Shown in pieces: positions 45,334 to 55,148 of a stretch of 64,000 bases of DNA. The DNA lies in contig JBFWNU010000010.1 in assembly GCA_050250895.1 (NCBI GenBank), forward strand, positions 96,001 to 160,000, given 5' to 3'. The stretch comes from Vulcanimicrobiota bacterium. Its GTDB lineage: Bacteria; Vulcanimicrobiota; Xenobia; Xenobiales; JADMJV01. The position numbers and the translations under genes were made by a program. The notes under the pieces were generated by a model, which saw only the letters and a list, made by a program, of their open reading frames with translations, was not told the DNA's origin and did no database searches. Every line of letters starts with the position of its first letter. Within the stretch, counting starts at the first letter, position 1.

Positions 45334-46518
45334 GTGGCTAAGATCGTCAGGGGAATGTTCTACTTCGTATTCACAGTCTTTGGGGGACTGTGTGGGTATA
45401 GCATTGCCCGCCACAGCCAGAGCTTCTACACCTCGCTTTCCGAGGCCGGGCGTATCACCAACTTCGCCGCCTTCATCCTGCTCGGCATCTTGATGGGCAT
45501 CACCCTGGCTCCGGTCTTTTCCAATCTGGTCATGCGCACCGTCGATTCGGTGGCGGTGGCCCTGCAGAAACTAAGTTTGCAAGAGGTTTTGATGGGCTCG
45601 GCCGGATTGTTGTTCGGCCTCATCGTCGCCTTTTTCACCAATGTCGCCCTGCAACAGATCGACTTCTCTAGCATTCCCGCTATCGGCACCTATGTGGGCC
45701 CCTTCCTGATCGTGCTTTCGACCATCTTTCTCGGTTGTTTGGGAGCGTTTTTCGGCAGCCGGCTGATGTTTATTCACAGCTTCCGCGACATCCTCGATTC
45801 CGGGGGAGCCCGCAGCTGGGGGGGCAAGATCTTTCTGCTCGACACCAGCGTCATCATCGACGGCAGGGTGGCCGACGTGGTGGCGGCCGGCTTTCTGGAA
45901 GGCACCATGGTGGTGCCCCGTTTCGTGCTGGGCGAGCTGCAGATGAAGGCCGACTCGCATCGCGAGCTGGACCGTCAGCGGGGCCGGCGTGGGTTGGATG
46001 TGCTCGACAAGTTGCGCGACATCGCCGGCATCCAGATCGAAGACAAAGATTATCCAGAGTTGCGGGGGGTCGATCCCAAGCTGGTGCAGATGGCGCTGGA
46101 CTTTCGAGCCGACCTGGTCACCAATGATTACAATCTGCAGAAGGTGGCCGCCTTGCAGAACGTCAGGGTGCTGAATATGAATGCCCTGGCGGCTTCGCTC
46201 AAGACGGTCTATCTGCCGGGCGAAGAGATCATGGTGCACCTGCTGCGCGAGGGCAAGGAGTCCAATCAGGGTGTCGGCTTCCTCGATGACGGTACGATGA
46301 TCGTGGTGGAAAAAGGGCGAGCCTATATCGGGGACATGGTGGTGGCCGAGGTGACCTCGGTGGTGCAGACCTCGGCCGGTAAGATGATTTTCGCTCGCTT
46401 TCGAGAGAAGGCAGAGTCGGTGACCATCCGCGAAGAGCAGGTGCCCGAGGTGTCGGGTCCTCAGACGGAGCCTCGCAAGTCTTCGCGAAAGAAAGCGCGG
46501 GCTTCTTCCGAGAACTGA
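45334..46518 (+). CDS. Membrane PIN/TRAM domain protein (YacL-like)
   Basis: Four TM segments, LDTSVIIDGR, RGRRGLDVL, TNDYNL, QGVGFLDDGTMIVVE and QTSAGKMIF. Confidence 0.92.
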   Translation: MAKIVRGMFYFVFTVFGGLCGYSIARHSQSFYTSLSEAGRITNFAAFILLGILMGITLAPVFSNLVMRTVDSVAVALQKLSLQEVLMGSAGLLFGLIVAFFTNVALQQIDFSSIPAIGTYVGPFLIVLSTIFLGCLGAFFGSRLMFIHSFRDILDSGGARSWGGKIFLLDTSVIIDGRVADVVAAGFLEGTMVVPRFVLGELQMKADSHRELDRQRGRRGLDVLDKLRDIAGIQIEDKDYPELRGVDPKLVQMALDFRADLVTNDYNLQKVAALQNVRVLNMNALAASLKTVYLPGEEIMVHLLREGKESNQGVGFLDDGTMIVVEKGRAYIGDMVVAEVTSVVQTSAGKMIFARFREKAESVTIREEQVPEVSGPQTEPRKSSRKKARASSEN

Positions 46519-47210
46519 TGGCCAACTACGCCCTGGTGACGGCCGCCGGCCGCAGCCGCCGGATGGGCGGCGCCAACAAGCTTTTGCTCGAGTTCGAGGG
46601 CATGCCCGTGTTGGTCCACACCCTCCGTCGCTTCGAGCAGAGCCCGCTGATCGAGGCCATCGCGCTCTCGGCCCCGCCGGACCAGGTCGAGCTGTACCGC
46701 CGGCTTTGCCGCGACCACGGCCTGCTGAAGGTTCGCTGGGTGGTGGCCGGAGGCAGTGAACGCCAGTATTCCATCACCAACGCGCTCGAAGAGATGCAGA
46801 TCGAGGCCGACGATCTGGTCATGATCCACGACGGAGCTCGCCCCCTGATCGACGAGTCGCTGTTGGCCAGGCTGGTGGCGGGCCTGGCGGGGGCCCAGGG
46901 GGTGCTGCCCATGCTGCCCCTCAAGGACACCATCAAGCGGGTTCACCAGGGGGTCATCGATTGCACTCTGGACCGGTCGATCCTCTTCGCCGCCCAGACC
47001 CCTCAGGTCTTTCCCTTCGGGGCGATCCGGCAGGCCCATCGGCGGGCCCGCCAGGAAGAGTTTCTGGGCACCGACGATGCCTCGCTCATCGAATGGATGG
47101 GTGGCAAAGTCGTCATGGTCGAGGGCAAGCCCACCAACATCAAGATCACGACTCCCGATGACCTGGTCTTGATGCGCGTCTATCTGGAGGCCGAGTCGGT
47201 TGGACGCTGA
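46518..47210 (+). CDS. ispD: 2-C-methyl-D-erythritol 4-phosphate cytidylyltransferase
   Basis: AAGRSRRMG, GGSERQYS, IHDGARP, AQTPQ, TDDASL and NIKITTPDDL. Confidence 0.95.
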   Translation: MANYALVTAAGRSRRMGGANKLLLEFEGMPVLVHTLRRFEQSPLIEAIALSAPPDQVELYRRLCRDHGLLKVRWVVAGGSERQYSITNALEEMQIEADDLVMIHDGARPLIDESLLARLVAGLAGAQGVLPMLPLKDTIKRVHQGVIDCTLDRSILFAAQTPQVFPFGAIRQAHRRARQEEFLGTDDASLIEWMGGKVVMVEGKPTNIKITTPDDLVLMRVYLEAESVGR

Positions 47211-47613
47211 GACCAAGCAAGCATGGGAGTATTTGCTCGAGGTGCTGGCGGCTTACGAAGAATACGTCTCCAACATTGGCAACCTGGGCCTCTCGGCCCC
47301 CAATCTGCTCTATTACAGAGACGAGGTCCAAGAGTTTCTAGACATGTTCAAGACCAACAAAGAGGTCGATTTTCGGGGTGCCTGGGAGAAGACCAAAGTT
47401 CTCGACGAGGTCGTCAAGAAGAAGGCCCAGGAGTTAGTCGACGAGATCGGCCACGCCAACTTTCGCCAGTATTACATTATGAACGACCCGCCCAAGGCCC
47501 ACTGGTGGTGGTATCTCAACCGGGTTACCTCAGCCCCACCACCGCCCGCCAAAGTGTGGGAGTTCTGGAAGTGGTCGGCCCAGAATGTCGAGAGCGAGGG
47601 CGAGGCCGAGTAG
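47200..47613 (+). CDS. Hypothetical protein
   Basis: TTG with a GGAGG RBS, overlapping the end of ispD; PPKAHWWWYL motif. Confidence 0.7.
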   Translation: MDAETKQAWEYLLEVLAAYEEYVSNIGNLGLSAPNLLYYRDEVQEFLDMFKTNKEVDFRGAWEKTKVLDEVVKKKAQELVDEIGHANFRQYYIMNDPPKAHWWWYLNRVTSAPPPPAKVWEFWKWSAQNVESEGEAE

Positions 47614-47615
47614 TC

Positions 47616-50600
47616 TCACTTCCAGGCGCCCAGGATGACGAAGGGCGCCCAGTAGAAGGGCGAAGCGGTCTTGGGGTTTTGCAACAGCTTCAGCTGCGCC
47701 GTCTGCAGGGCGGCGCTCTTGTTGGCCCCGTTTTTGAGCTGGCTGTAGAACTCGACCATCAGATCGCGGGTCGAGTCGTCGGCGACCTTCCACAGACTGG
47801 CCACCACGGTGGGAGGTCCGGCCGCCCAGAAGGCCTCGGCCAGACTGGTGATGGAGGATTGCGGATCGGCCTCGCCCAGGCCTGTCTCACAGGCCGATAG
47901 CGTCACCATGCTTGCCTGGTCGAGTTGCAACTCGAAGATCTCGGACGGCGTCAACTCGCTGTGGTTGCCCATCACCAGATAGCTCTGATTGGGGTCCCGC
48001 GGCGAGAGTCGGCCGTGGGTGGCCAGGTGAAGATAGGCCGCTCCGGGAGCGCTGGCCACGAGATGCTCTTTGGTAGCCTCGCCGCCGATGTAGGCTTGTC
48101 CATCGGGAAATAGCTTCTGCAGGGCTTTGACCTCTTCGCCCGCGGCCGGCAGCGTGCCGTCGGGGTTGCCGAAACCAGCGAATTTGCCGGTCCTGGGGTG
48201 GGACGAGGCCAGGTTGGTCAGGTCGCTGGCTTTGGAGAGCACCACCAGTTGATGCTTTTCGACCAAGTAGTGTCCGTCGGGCGCCTGCAACGCCGCAAAG
48301 GGTAGATAGTGCAGCCGCAGGGTGGGCACGATGGCCAGTACCTTCTTGCCAGCGAGATCGGCCTCGACCGGAGCGATCAGCTGGGCGTAGAGAGACTTGA
48401 GGGCGGCTGGCGGCAGAGACCGTGGGTCCACCAGCCCGCGCCGCACGGTCTGGATGCTCTCGTCGAGTTCGGCCTTGCCCACCTTGAGCGAGCGCAGGCG
48501 AAATGCCTCTGAGGTGACCACGAAGAAGTAGAGGGTGTCCTCGGTGGGAAAATACTGGACCACGGCCGCCTCGGGCGGGATGGAGTGCTGGAGGCGTCCG
48601 AACTCGATCGGTTTGAGGCTGAGGGTGGCGTCGAAGACCCGGGGATTGGCGCTGCGCAACTCGCGAGTGGTCTGCAGGAAGGTGGCCTTGCTATCGGCGA
48701 GCAAGGCTTCGACTTTCTTCAACTGGTCGGGGTTGCGTTGGGCGGCCGGCAAGGATTTGAGGGTCTGGGCCTCGAGTTGCAGGGCCTGGGTCTGTTGCTG
48801 TTGCGAGCGATAGGCGGCGAGAGCCTTCTGGGTGGTCTGGTCCTGGCTTTGAACCTGGGCTCCCAGGGTGGTTACCGATTGGAACTGTCGCTCCTTGGTG
48901 AGGGTCTCGAGAGCCTTCTCGGTCTGGCCAGCCTGGATCTGCAACTCGCCCACCAGAGAGTAGGCCAGCCGCGCCTGGTCGCGCAGGGCGTCGGCACCGG
49001 CCTGGCCGCCGCCGAGTTGGTCTAGCTCTTGCTCGAGCAAGTCGATGGCCCGCTGAGCGTCGTTGCGGGCGGGGTCGGCCTGGTTTTGGGCTTTGCGAAT
49101 GCGGGCTCGCTCGATGAGCGCGTTCACCTCGCCCGAGCGGTAGCCGATGCTCTGGCAGCGCTCGATGGCCGAGTCGAGCGTCTTGAGAGCGAGCTCGGTC
49201 TGGCCGGTGGCAAAAAGCGCTCGACCCAGTCGAGGAGCGACGCCTAGCGAGAGCGTTTCGTCCCCGCCGCGACCATAAAGGTCATTGGCTTTGACCAGCT
49301 GGTCGAGAACTTCGGCCGCAGGCGCGCCGGATTTTTCGAGCTGGTGAGCGCTCTCTTCGTAGTAACGACCGCGAACGCGCTGCACCAGGCCACCCTCGGT
49401 AAAGCTTTCAGAGCGGTCCCGGCTTGCAAGTTCGCTATCGATCACGGCCAGGATGGCTTCGTTGCGCTCGATCTCGGGCAGTACCTCCTGGAGCACCTGG
49501 CGGCTCGAGTTCGCATCCGAAGCAGCGGCCAGGTCCAGATAAATCTCGGGCAGCCCCAGGGCGTAGCTGAGGTTGGCCTCGGCGATGCGCAGGTCGAAGA
49601 ACTGAACCGCTTCGGCTGCGTTACTTCCCTCGGGCGGGCGAAAGTCCAGAGCCCGCTGTTGGGGCGTAACCTGACCGGCGATGAAGGCCAGGTCCCCCTC
49701 TAACAGTTGGCGGCAGCGCTGGGCCCGAGTCGGGTCGGCCTGATACTTCTGGCCCAGCTCCGCCAGGTGCCTTACCCAGAAGCGCAGTCCGTCGTTGCCA
49801 TAACTCGAATCGAGATGGTGGGCGGCCAGCTGGGCCCAGATCTGCTTGTGCGCCTCTAGTTGTGGTTCTAGCCCGAGGCCCGGCTCGCGCTCGAGTTGCT
49901 GCTCGAAAAGCAGGCTGTCGACAAAGTGCTTGACGTCGGGATGGTCGGTTTGGCGGCTCTTGAGCAACCATTCGCGGGCGAGATTGGGGCGGCCCGAGCG
50001 GCGGGCTGCCTGGGCCACCGAGAGGGCAGTCAGGATTCTGAGGTCGGCGGTGGGGAGTTCTGGCAGGCTGATCAGCTCGAGGGCGTCGTAAAGCTCGGGA
50101 CCACGCTCGAGCACGGTAGTATTGAGGCCCATCCGTTCGAGGGCAGCCAGGTCGAGGGCTCCGAACAGCCGACGGTAGGGGCGCAGGCCCTGGAGTTCGG
50201 GCAGGTTCTTGAACGCTTCGACCTCGAGCATCAGTTCAAGATCGTCGAGGGCCGCCAACATGATCCCGCAGATGCGGTGGACCATCTGGTAGTTGCCCAG
50301 GTCCAGGGCCAACTTGGCCAGATTGCCTTCTAACTCGATGGTGTTGCCAATCTTGATGACGCGCTCGAACAGTTGGGGGGTGACCAGGCGCACTCCGGGC
50401 GGCGTGGCCGTGGCCGAGACCGCAGCCAGGGGGGTTGAGCGCCAGGTGGATTCGTCTTCGAGCATCTGCTTGGCCCGCAGGTCCTCAGTAAAGTCGGCAA
50501 CCCCCAGCTGAGTGTGGAAGACGCGCGCCAGCAGGTTGAGCAGGCGACCCGCGACCGGCTGAAGTTCGGGGTCGTCTTTTTGCATCATCAGTCCGCAATA

Positions 50601-50774
50601 CATTACCGACGATATCTGCGGATTGTCGGTCACCAACTTGACCAGGCCCTCGTAGTCGTCAGACTTGGTCAGCTCGACCAGTTGTTGACCGTAGGCCTCG
50701 GGGGTCAGCTCGGCTCGAGCCGGAGAGAACAATAATAAAAGAAGGCAGCACCAGAGACTCGTTCGTTTTAGCAC
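47616..50774 (-). CDS. Secreted TPR-like protein with a C-terminal CHAT (caspase-like) protease domain
   Basis: Signal peptide; LHYLPFAAL, HLATHG, LSACETG, VVASLWKV and PFYWAPF. Confidence 0.92.
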   Translation of the reverse strand: MLKRTSLWCCLLLLLFSPARAELTPEAYGQQLVELTKSDDYEGLVKLVTDNPQISSVMYCGLMMQKDDPELQPVAGRLLNLLARVFHTQLGVADFTEDLRAKQMLEDESTWRSTPLAAVSATATPPGVRLVTPQLFERVIKIGNTIELEGNLAKLALDLGNYQMVHRICGIMLAALDDLELMLEVEAFKNLPELQGLRPYRRLFGALDLAALERMGLNTTVLERGPELYDALELISLPELPTADLRILTALSVAQAARRSGRPNLAREWLLKSRQTDHPDVKHFVDSLLFEQQLEREPGLGLEPQLEAHKQIWAQLAAHHLDSSYGNDGLRFWVRHLAELGQKYQADPTRAQRCRQLLEGDLAFIAGQVTPQQRALDFRPPEGSNAAEAVQFFDLRIAEANLSYALGLPEIYLDLAAASDANSSRQVLQEVLPEIERNEAILAVIDSELASRDRSESFTEGGLVQRVRGRYYEESAHQLEKSGAPAAEVLDQLVKANDLYGRGGDETLSLGVAPRLGRALFATGQTELALKTLDSAIERCQSIGYRSGEVNALIERARIRKAQNQADPARNDAQRAIDLLEQELDQLGGGQAGADALRDQARLAYSLVGELQIQAGQTEKALETLTKERQFQSVTTLGAQVQSQDQTTQKALAAYRSQQQQTQALQLEAQTLKSLPAAQRNPDQLKKVEALLADSKATFLQTTRELRSANPRVFDATLSLKPIEFGRLQHSIPPEAAVVQYFPTEDTLYFFVVTSEAFRLRSLKVGKAELDESIQTVRRGLVDPRSLPPAALKSLYAQLIAPVEADLAGKKVLAIVPTLRLHYLPFAALQAPDGHYLVEKHQLVVLSKASDLTNLASSHPRTGKFAGFGNPDGTLPAAGEEVKALQKLFPDGQAYIGGEATKEHLVASAPGAAYLHLATHGRLSPRDPNQSYLVMGNHSELTPSEIFELQLDQASMVTLSACETGLGEADPQSSITSLAEAFWAAGPPTVVASLWKVADDSTRDLMVEFYSQLKNGANKSAALQTAQLKLLQNPKTASPFYWAPFVILGAWK

Positions 50775-50815
50775 GGCGGTTGGTTCGGGGCCGGGCCGGT
50801 GGCAACCTATCGGAA

Positions 50816-51940
50816 CTACAACTGACCTTCTGGGCGATGGCCGGAGCGGATGTCTTCGGCCTGGTTGGGAGTGTAGGGAGTCCTGGTCAGGGCCGGGTCG
50901 AGGTGGTGGGCTCGAAAGACGTTGAGGATGAACCGCATGCGGTCGTCAAGGTCGGCATAGTTGCGGGCGGCACTCCCCTCGGTGGTGTCGCCGACACCGA
51001 AGCGCTGATGGATGGCCAGCAGCTCGGGGTTCTCGATGGTGCTCAGGGTGGAGGGGAACATCTGGCCGTTGAGGCCCTGCACATCTTCTCCCAGCTTGAT
51101 GATCTTGTCCTCGAGGGGTAGCGAGAGGTGGAACCAGGTGATCAGGTGACGTAGACCCGGGGGCATGGCCTGTTTGATTTCGTCCTGAGCGGTGATCTGC
51201 TCGTCCCACACGATCTGCGCGTTGCCTAGCAGCACCAGTTCTTGCTTCTTCTTGGGGTCGGTCTCGAACTTGGCTCGGTAGTAGCTAGTGAAGCCGTCGA
51301 TCAACAGGTCGTCTTTGCCCTTCTCGGCGGGGCCGGGGGTGAATCCGTGCAGAAAGGCCTTGAATTTGGCGGGGTCGGGAGCCTCGACCCCCTCGAAGGT
51401 CTCGATAAAGCGGGCGAAGTGAGGCGTGGTCCGCTTGAAGATGGCGTCGTTGCCGGCCGACATGGCCAGGCTGCTGCGGCTGGTGAGCATTCTGGCCACG
51501 GCCAGCACGCCTGCGCCGAGGCCGGCTCCAACCCAGCCGCCGACCAGCGCCAAACCGGCCATCAGGCTGCCCTGGGCGAGCTTGGAGAAGTCCTCCTGGC
51601 GCACCGTCACGCCCACGTGGCGCGAAGCCCAGCCGGCCCAGTCAAGCCAGCTGAGTCCGCCCTCCTGGCCGACCACCTGGCGCATCTTGCCGGCCAGGTC
51701 GCTGTAATGTTGGGTGATCTGGAGGTTGCGCATGATGCGCGAAGGTTGTCCCATCACCTCGGCGGTGCGGGTCACGGCCACCAGCGGGCGGGCATAGGCC
51801 CGGCGCGCCAGTTGCGGGTCGCCCAGCGAAGGGCTGAAACTGTCTTCGATCTGGCCCTTCAGGGCAGGACCGATCGGCTCGCGCTTGATGCAAACCTGCT
51901 GAGCTGCCCGCGTGGGCTGAAATGACCAGAGCTTTATCAC
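50816..51940 (-). CDS. Hypothetical protein
   Basis: 374-aa ORF with coding-like codon usage; RNLQITQHY...WAGWASRHVG and central hydrophobic segment. Confidence 0.7.
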   Translation of the reverse strand: MIKLWSFQPTRAAQQVCIKREPIGPALKGQIEDSFSPSLGDPQLARRAYARPLVAVTRTAEVMGQPSRIMRNLQITQHYSDLAGKMRQVVGQEGGLSWLDWAGWASRHVGVTVRQEDFSKLAQGSLMAGLALVGGWVGAGLGAGVLAVARMLTSRSSLAMSAGNDAIFKRTTPHFARFIETFEGVEAPDPAKFKAFLHGFTPGPAEKGKDDLLIDGFTSYYRAKFETDPKKKQELVLLGNAQIVWDEQITAQDEIKQAMPPGLRHLITWFHLSLPLEDKIIKLGEDVQGLNGQMFPSTLSTIENPELLAIHQRFGVGDTTEGSAARNYADLDDRMRFILNVFRAHHLDPALTRTPYTPNQAEDIRSGHRPEGQL

Positions 51941-51989
51941 CCGACCTCCACCTCGGAGTCTAGCTCAGGCCTCTGAAAAATTCCTGGAC

Positions 51990-52889
51990 CTAGCGCCTCG
52001 AGAGGGTCTTACCGGTCAGGCGCCAGCCTACCGATTGGCTCGATTGAAAGCGGCCGATGTTGTGGTGAAGGTTGCGGCGCTGACGGCGCGAGAGGCAACC
52101 GAGCAGCTCGCCGCGGTTGGGCAGGGCCAGTCCGTCGAGTCCGACCCGTGAGGCCACCTGGTGGTCATACTCGAGGTCGGTGCCTACGGTGTTCAAGAAA
52201 TCGACCGTCTGATTCCACATGCAGCCCAGACCCACCGGCCGGCCGGCGTTGTGAAACTCGCTGGCCAGCCGGCACAGCGACTCGGCTGCCTCACCGAAGC
52301 TGCCCACATAATAGGCCAGTTGGTCGGCGAAGCGCAGCAACAGGGCCTCGACCATGACCTGGGCCCGGCGGTCGGGGGCGAGTTCTTCCAGCAAGAGGCG
52401 ATAGGTCGCCACCGGGTCTAGCTCGTCAAAACGGGTGCCAAACGAGCGCCTGACCTCGGGAAAGAAAGGAAAATCGGTACGGGCGACCAGCGCCATCGCT
52501 TCTTTGACGTGCTGGTGGGTCCAGCCGAACTTGCGCTCGAGCAAGTCGAGATTGTCTTCCATCCAAGCCAGCGTTACGGGCACCCGGGCCGGTGTTCCGC
52601 GCTGGACCGTGCCACACTCGAGGCGGCGGGGATCGGCGTCGTGGATCAGGGCCACCTCGACCAGGAACTGCCTTCTCTCTTCGCCGATGCCCCAGCCCTG
52701 GGCCATCTGATCGAGCAGCTCGGCTACCATCACGGGGTGACGTGTGTCGTGATAAAGGCCACTGTTGAGGTCTTCGAACTCGTCAACACCAAAGTAGCCG
52801 GTCGCACACGTGCGCCGACTCTGGTGTCTCTGTCTGCGGTAGACCCACAGGCCGCTCAGGGCGAGCCCGCAGGCAATAAGATAGGCCAC
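51990..52889 (-). CDS. HD-domain-like protein with an N-terminal membrane anchor
   Basis: YH...H, ALIHD and RFADQ resemble the HD-superfamily metal ligands. Confidence 0.55.
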   Translation of the reverse strand: MAYLIACGLALSGLWVYRRQRHQSRRTCATGYFGVDEFEDLNSGLYHDTRHPVMVAELLDQMAQGWGIGEERRQFLVEVALIHDADPRRLECGTVQRGTPARVPVTLAWMEDNLDLLERKFGWTHQHVKEAMALVARTDFPFFPEVRRSFGTRFDELDPVATYRLLLEELAPDRRAQVMVEALLLRFADQLAYYVGSFGEAAESLCRLASEFHNAGRPVGLGCMWNQTVDFLNTVGTDLEYDHQVASRVGLDGLALPNRGELLGCLSRRQRRNLHHNIGRFQSSQSVGWRLTGKTLSRR

Positions 52890-52936
52890 GTTACCAGGCT
52901 AGCCTTGTGAGCCAGTTCATTCAGTGATCTCGATCA

Positions 52937-53977
52937 CTATTTCGGTTTGACCAGCCCTCTCAGCACCTTGTGATTGGACCTCAGGTCGGCTTCGGGATAG
53001 TCTTTGACCAGCTTCTCGTTGTAGCTGATGGCCTCTTCCAGCAGTCCGTACTGCATCAGGGTCGCCAGCACCTCCAGGCGCTGGTCTCTGGTTCTAGCCG
53101 ATTTCTTCAGCCGGGCCAGTCGCTCGGCGGTGGCTTTGTCGAGGATAGTAAATTCGAGTTTTCCACGAGCCACGCCACTTTGCACGCTCAAAGTGTAGTT
53201 GCCGGGCTCGAGGGCCTGGCCGGGACGAAGGCTGGGACCCTTGTAGTAGATCTTCTCGCCTTTCGAGATGACCACCGTATAGGGTCCGGCGATGGCGGGA
53301 TGGGCCATCACGAACTCACCCCTCGAGAAGACCGTGGACTCGCCGAGGGCCAGCGGTCGCGGTTTAGGCCTGGCGGGCTTTGGGAGAGGAGGGGCCGAGC
53401 CGGCGACGCCTTTGGTGTTATAGACGGCGGTCCGTCGAGGGGGAGCGCTACCGCCTGGAACTGATCCATCCTCATCGGCCGGCTTCTTGTCGTCGGGGAT
53501 TTCGGTTTCCACAGCAGGTCTGGCCACCGGCTTGGACTCGTAGGCCACCGCTTGAGGCATCAGGTGGGCCTGCAGCTTGCCGCCAGCACGTTGAATCCGG
53601 GCATCACCGGGGGTCATCAGTTCGATGCCAGCCCCGGCCTCGCGGTCGACCGAGCCCTTGCCCTCGAGCTTGCGGGCCCCGCCTTCTTCGAGCAACACCT
53701 TGCTAGGACCCATGATGGTCTCTTTCTGACGGGTCTGAAGGTAACTCAGGCGCAGCTTGCCGCCGGCCGCCACCGACACCTCGGCCCCGGCCGGAAGAAT
53801 CTGCAAGGCCTGGGCCGGGTAGCTCTGGCCGGAAGCCCGAACCGTGACCCCGCCGTTAGACTCGAGCACCATGGCCAGGCGCTGCTCACCGGCGCTGGCC
53901 GAGAGGCCTATCCAAAGGGCCAGCAGCAGGCCCACAGCATACTTCATCTTCATGGCTGGTTGTGTCGTCATGCTCAC
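52937..53977 (-). CDS. Secreted protein with FecR-like N-terminus and Pro-rich linker
   Basis: Signal peptide; beta-rich ILPAGAEVSVAAGGKLRLSY...GPSKV; helical C-terminus; start uncertain. Confidence 0.55.
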   Translation of the reverse strand: MSMTTQPAMKMKYAVGLLLALWIGLSASAGEQRLAMVLESNGGVTVRASGQSYPAQALQILPAGAEVSVAAGGKLRLSYLQTRQKETIMGPSKVLLEEGGARKLEGKGSVDREAGAGIELMTPGDARIQRAGGKLQAHLMPQAVAYESKPVARPAVETEIPDDKKPADEDGSVPGGSAPPRRTAVYNTKGVAGSAPPLPKPARPKPRPLALGESTVFSRGEFVMAHPAIAGPYTVVISKGEKIYYKGPSLRPGQALEPGNYTLSVQSGVARGKLEFTILDKATAERLARLKKSARTRDQRLEVLATLMQYGLLEEAISYNEKLVKDYPEADLRSNHKVLRGLVKPK

Positions 53978-54047
53978 GAAGATCTTCCTTTCGGCTCATG
54001 TGAGCTGGATCCTATACCGGGGTCTCGCTCAAGCGTATACTCAAAAA

Positions 54048-54416
54048 ATGTCACACATAACCAGAATCGCCACCCGCATGCTCGAGCGCGAGCTGCTCGA
54101 GGTCGCGGCCCGCCAGCTGGGCCTGGGCATCACGGATGGACCCACCACCGTGACCGACTACGAGGGGCGCACCCAGCCGGTCGATTTCAAGCTCGACAGC
54201 CGCCCCTACGCCCTGGGTTTCGTGCGGACCGAGTCCGGTTTCGAGGCGGTGGGCGATCTCATGGGTGGAACGGCCGAGACCTTGCGGTGTCTGCAGCAGC
54301 AATATGCCCGGGCTGCCACCCTGCGTCAGCTAGAGGAGCAGGGATTTTCGGTGGTGGAAGAGACCGCCGCCGACGGTAGCATCCGCCTGACCCTGGAGCG
54401 ACTGGTCTATGCATAG
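54048..54416 (+). CDS. DUF1257 (Ycf35-like) domain protein
   Basis: MSHITRIATR, LGF, LQQQYA and GFSVVEE...DGSIRL; TATACT 6 nt upstream of the ATG. Confidence 0.85.
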   Translation: MSHITRIATRMLERELLEVAARQLGLGITDGPTTVTDYEGRTQPVDFKLDSRPYALGFVRTESGFEAVGDLMGGTAETLRCLQQQYARAATLRQLEEQGFSVVEETAADGSIRLTLERLVYA

Positions 54417-54609
54417 TCAGCGAATTCAGGTCCACATTGATCGTGAGGGCAAGGTCAAGCTGGAGGTCGAGGGAATGCAAGGCCAGGGCTGCCTGGAGTT
54501 GACAGCTGCCCTCGAGGCCCTGCTCGGCGGCCAGATCAAGGATCGCGAGATGAAGCCCGAATACTACGAGCGGGCCGAAGCCTTCGACCACGACAACCTG
54601 TGGAGCTGA
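54409..54609 (+). CDS. DUF2997 domain protein
   Basis: IDREGKVKLEVEGMQGQGCLELTAALEALLG...PEYY. Confidence 0.85.
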   Translation: MHSQRIQVHIDREGKVKLEVEGMQGQGCLELTAALEALLGGQIKDREMKPEYYERAEAFDHDNLWS

Positions 54610-55148
54610 GAATCGCTGACATGGTTTTCTCCAGTCGGGCCAACGGGCCGGGACTGCGAGCGGTGGTCTGGGTCCAGGGCTGCAGTCTCGGTTGCGCCGG
54701 ATGCTTCAATCCTCACACCCACAGTTTCCGGGCTGGCAGGGTGATCCAGGTGCCTGACCTGATCGATCGACTGCGGGACCTTCCGGTCCAGGGTTTGACC
54801 CTCAGTGGGGGCGAGCCGCTACAGCAGCCCCGGGGTGTGCTGGCCCTGATCGCCGGGCTCAAAGCCGTGACCGATTTCTCGATGTTGCTCTTCACCGGCT
54901 TTGAGTGGGGAGAAATTCAGGCTTCACCGGCTCGCCGGGCCGTGGTCGAAATGTGCGACCTGGTGGTGGCCGGACGGTTCGAGGCCGGCCAGCACCAGGG
55001 CCGAAATCTGCTGGGGTCATCCAACCAGACGGTCCACTTCGTGACCCCCCGCTATCGTCCATCTCATCTAGAGCAGGTTCCCCCCGCCGAGGTCCTCATC
55101 GGCCCCAACGGCGACATCGTGCTGACAGGAGTCAACCCCCCGTTATGA
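54600..55148 (+). CDS. Radical SAM / 4Fe-4S single-cluster protein (NrdG-like activase)
   Basis: NGPGLRAVVWVQGCSLGCAGCFNP (CxxxCxxC), SGGEP and GSSNQ. Confidence 0.88.
   Translation: MELRIADMVFSSRANGPGLRAVVWVQGCSLGCAGCFNPHTHSFRAGRVIQVPDLIDRLRDLPVQGLTLSGGEPLQQPRGVLALIAGLKAVTDFSMLLFTGFEWGEIQASPARRAVVEMCDLVVAGRFEAGQHQGRNLLGSSNQTVHFVTPRYRPSHLEQVPPAEVLIGPNGDIVLTGVNPPL

Noticed and set aside
54600-55148. nrdG gene symbol
   Set aside because: No nrdD is adjacent, and the context is the DUF1257/DUF2997/AAA operon.
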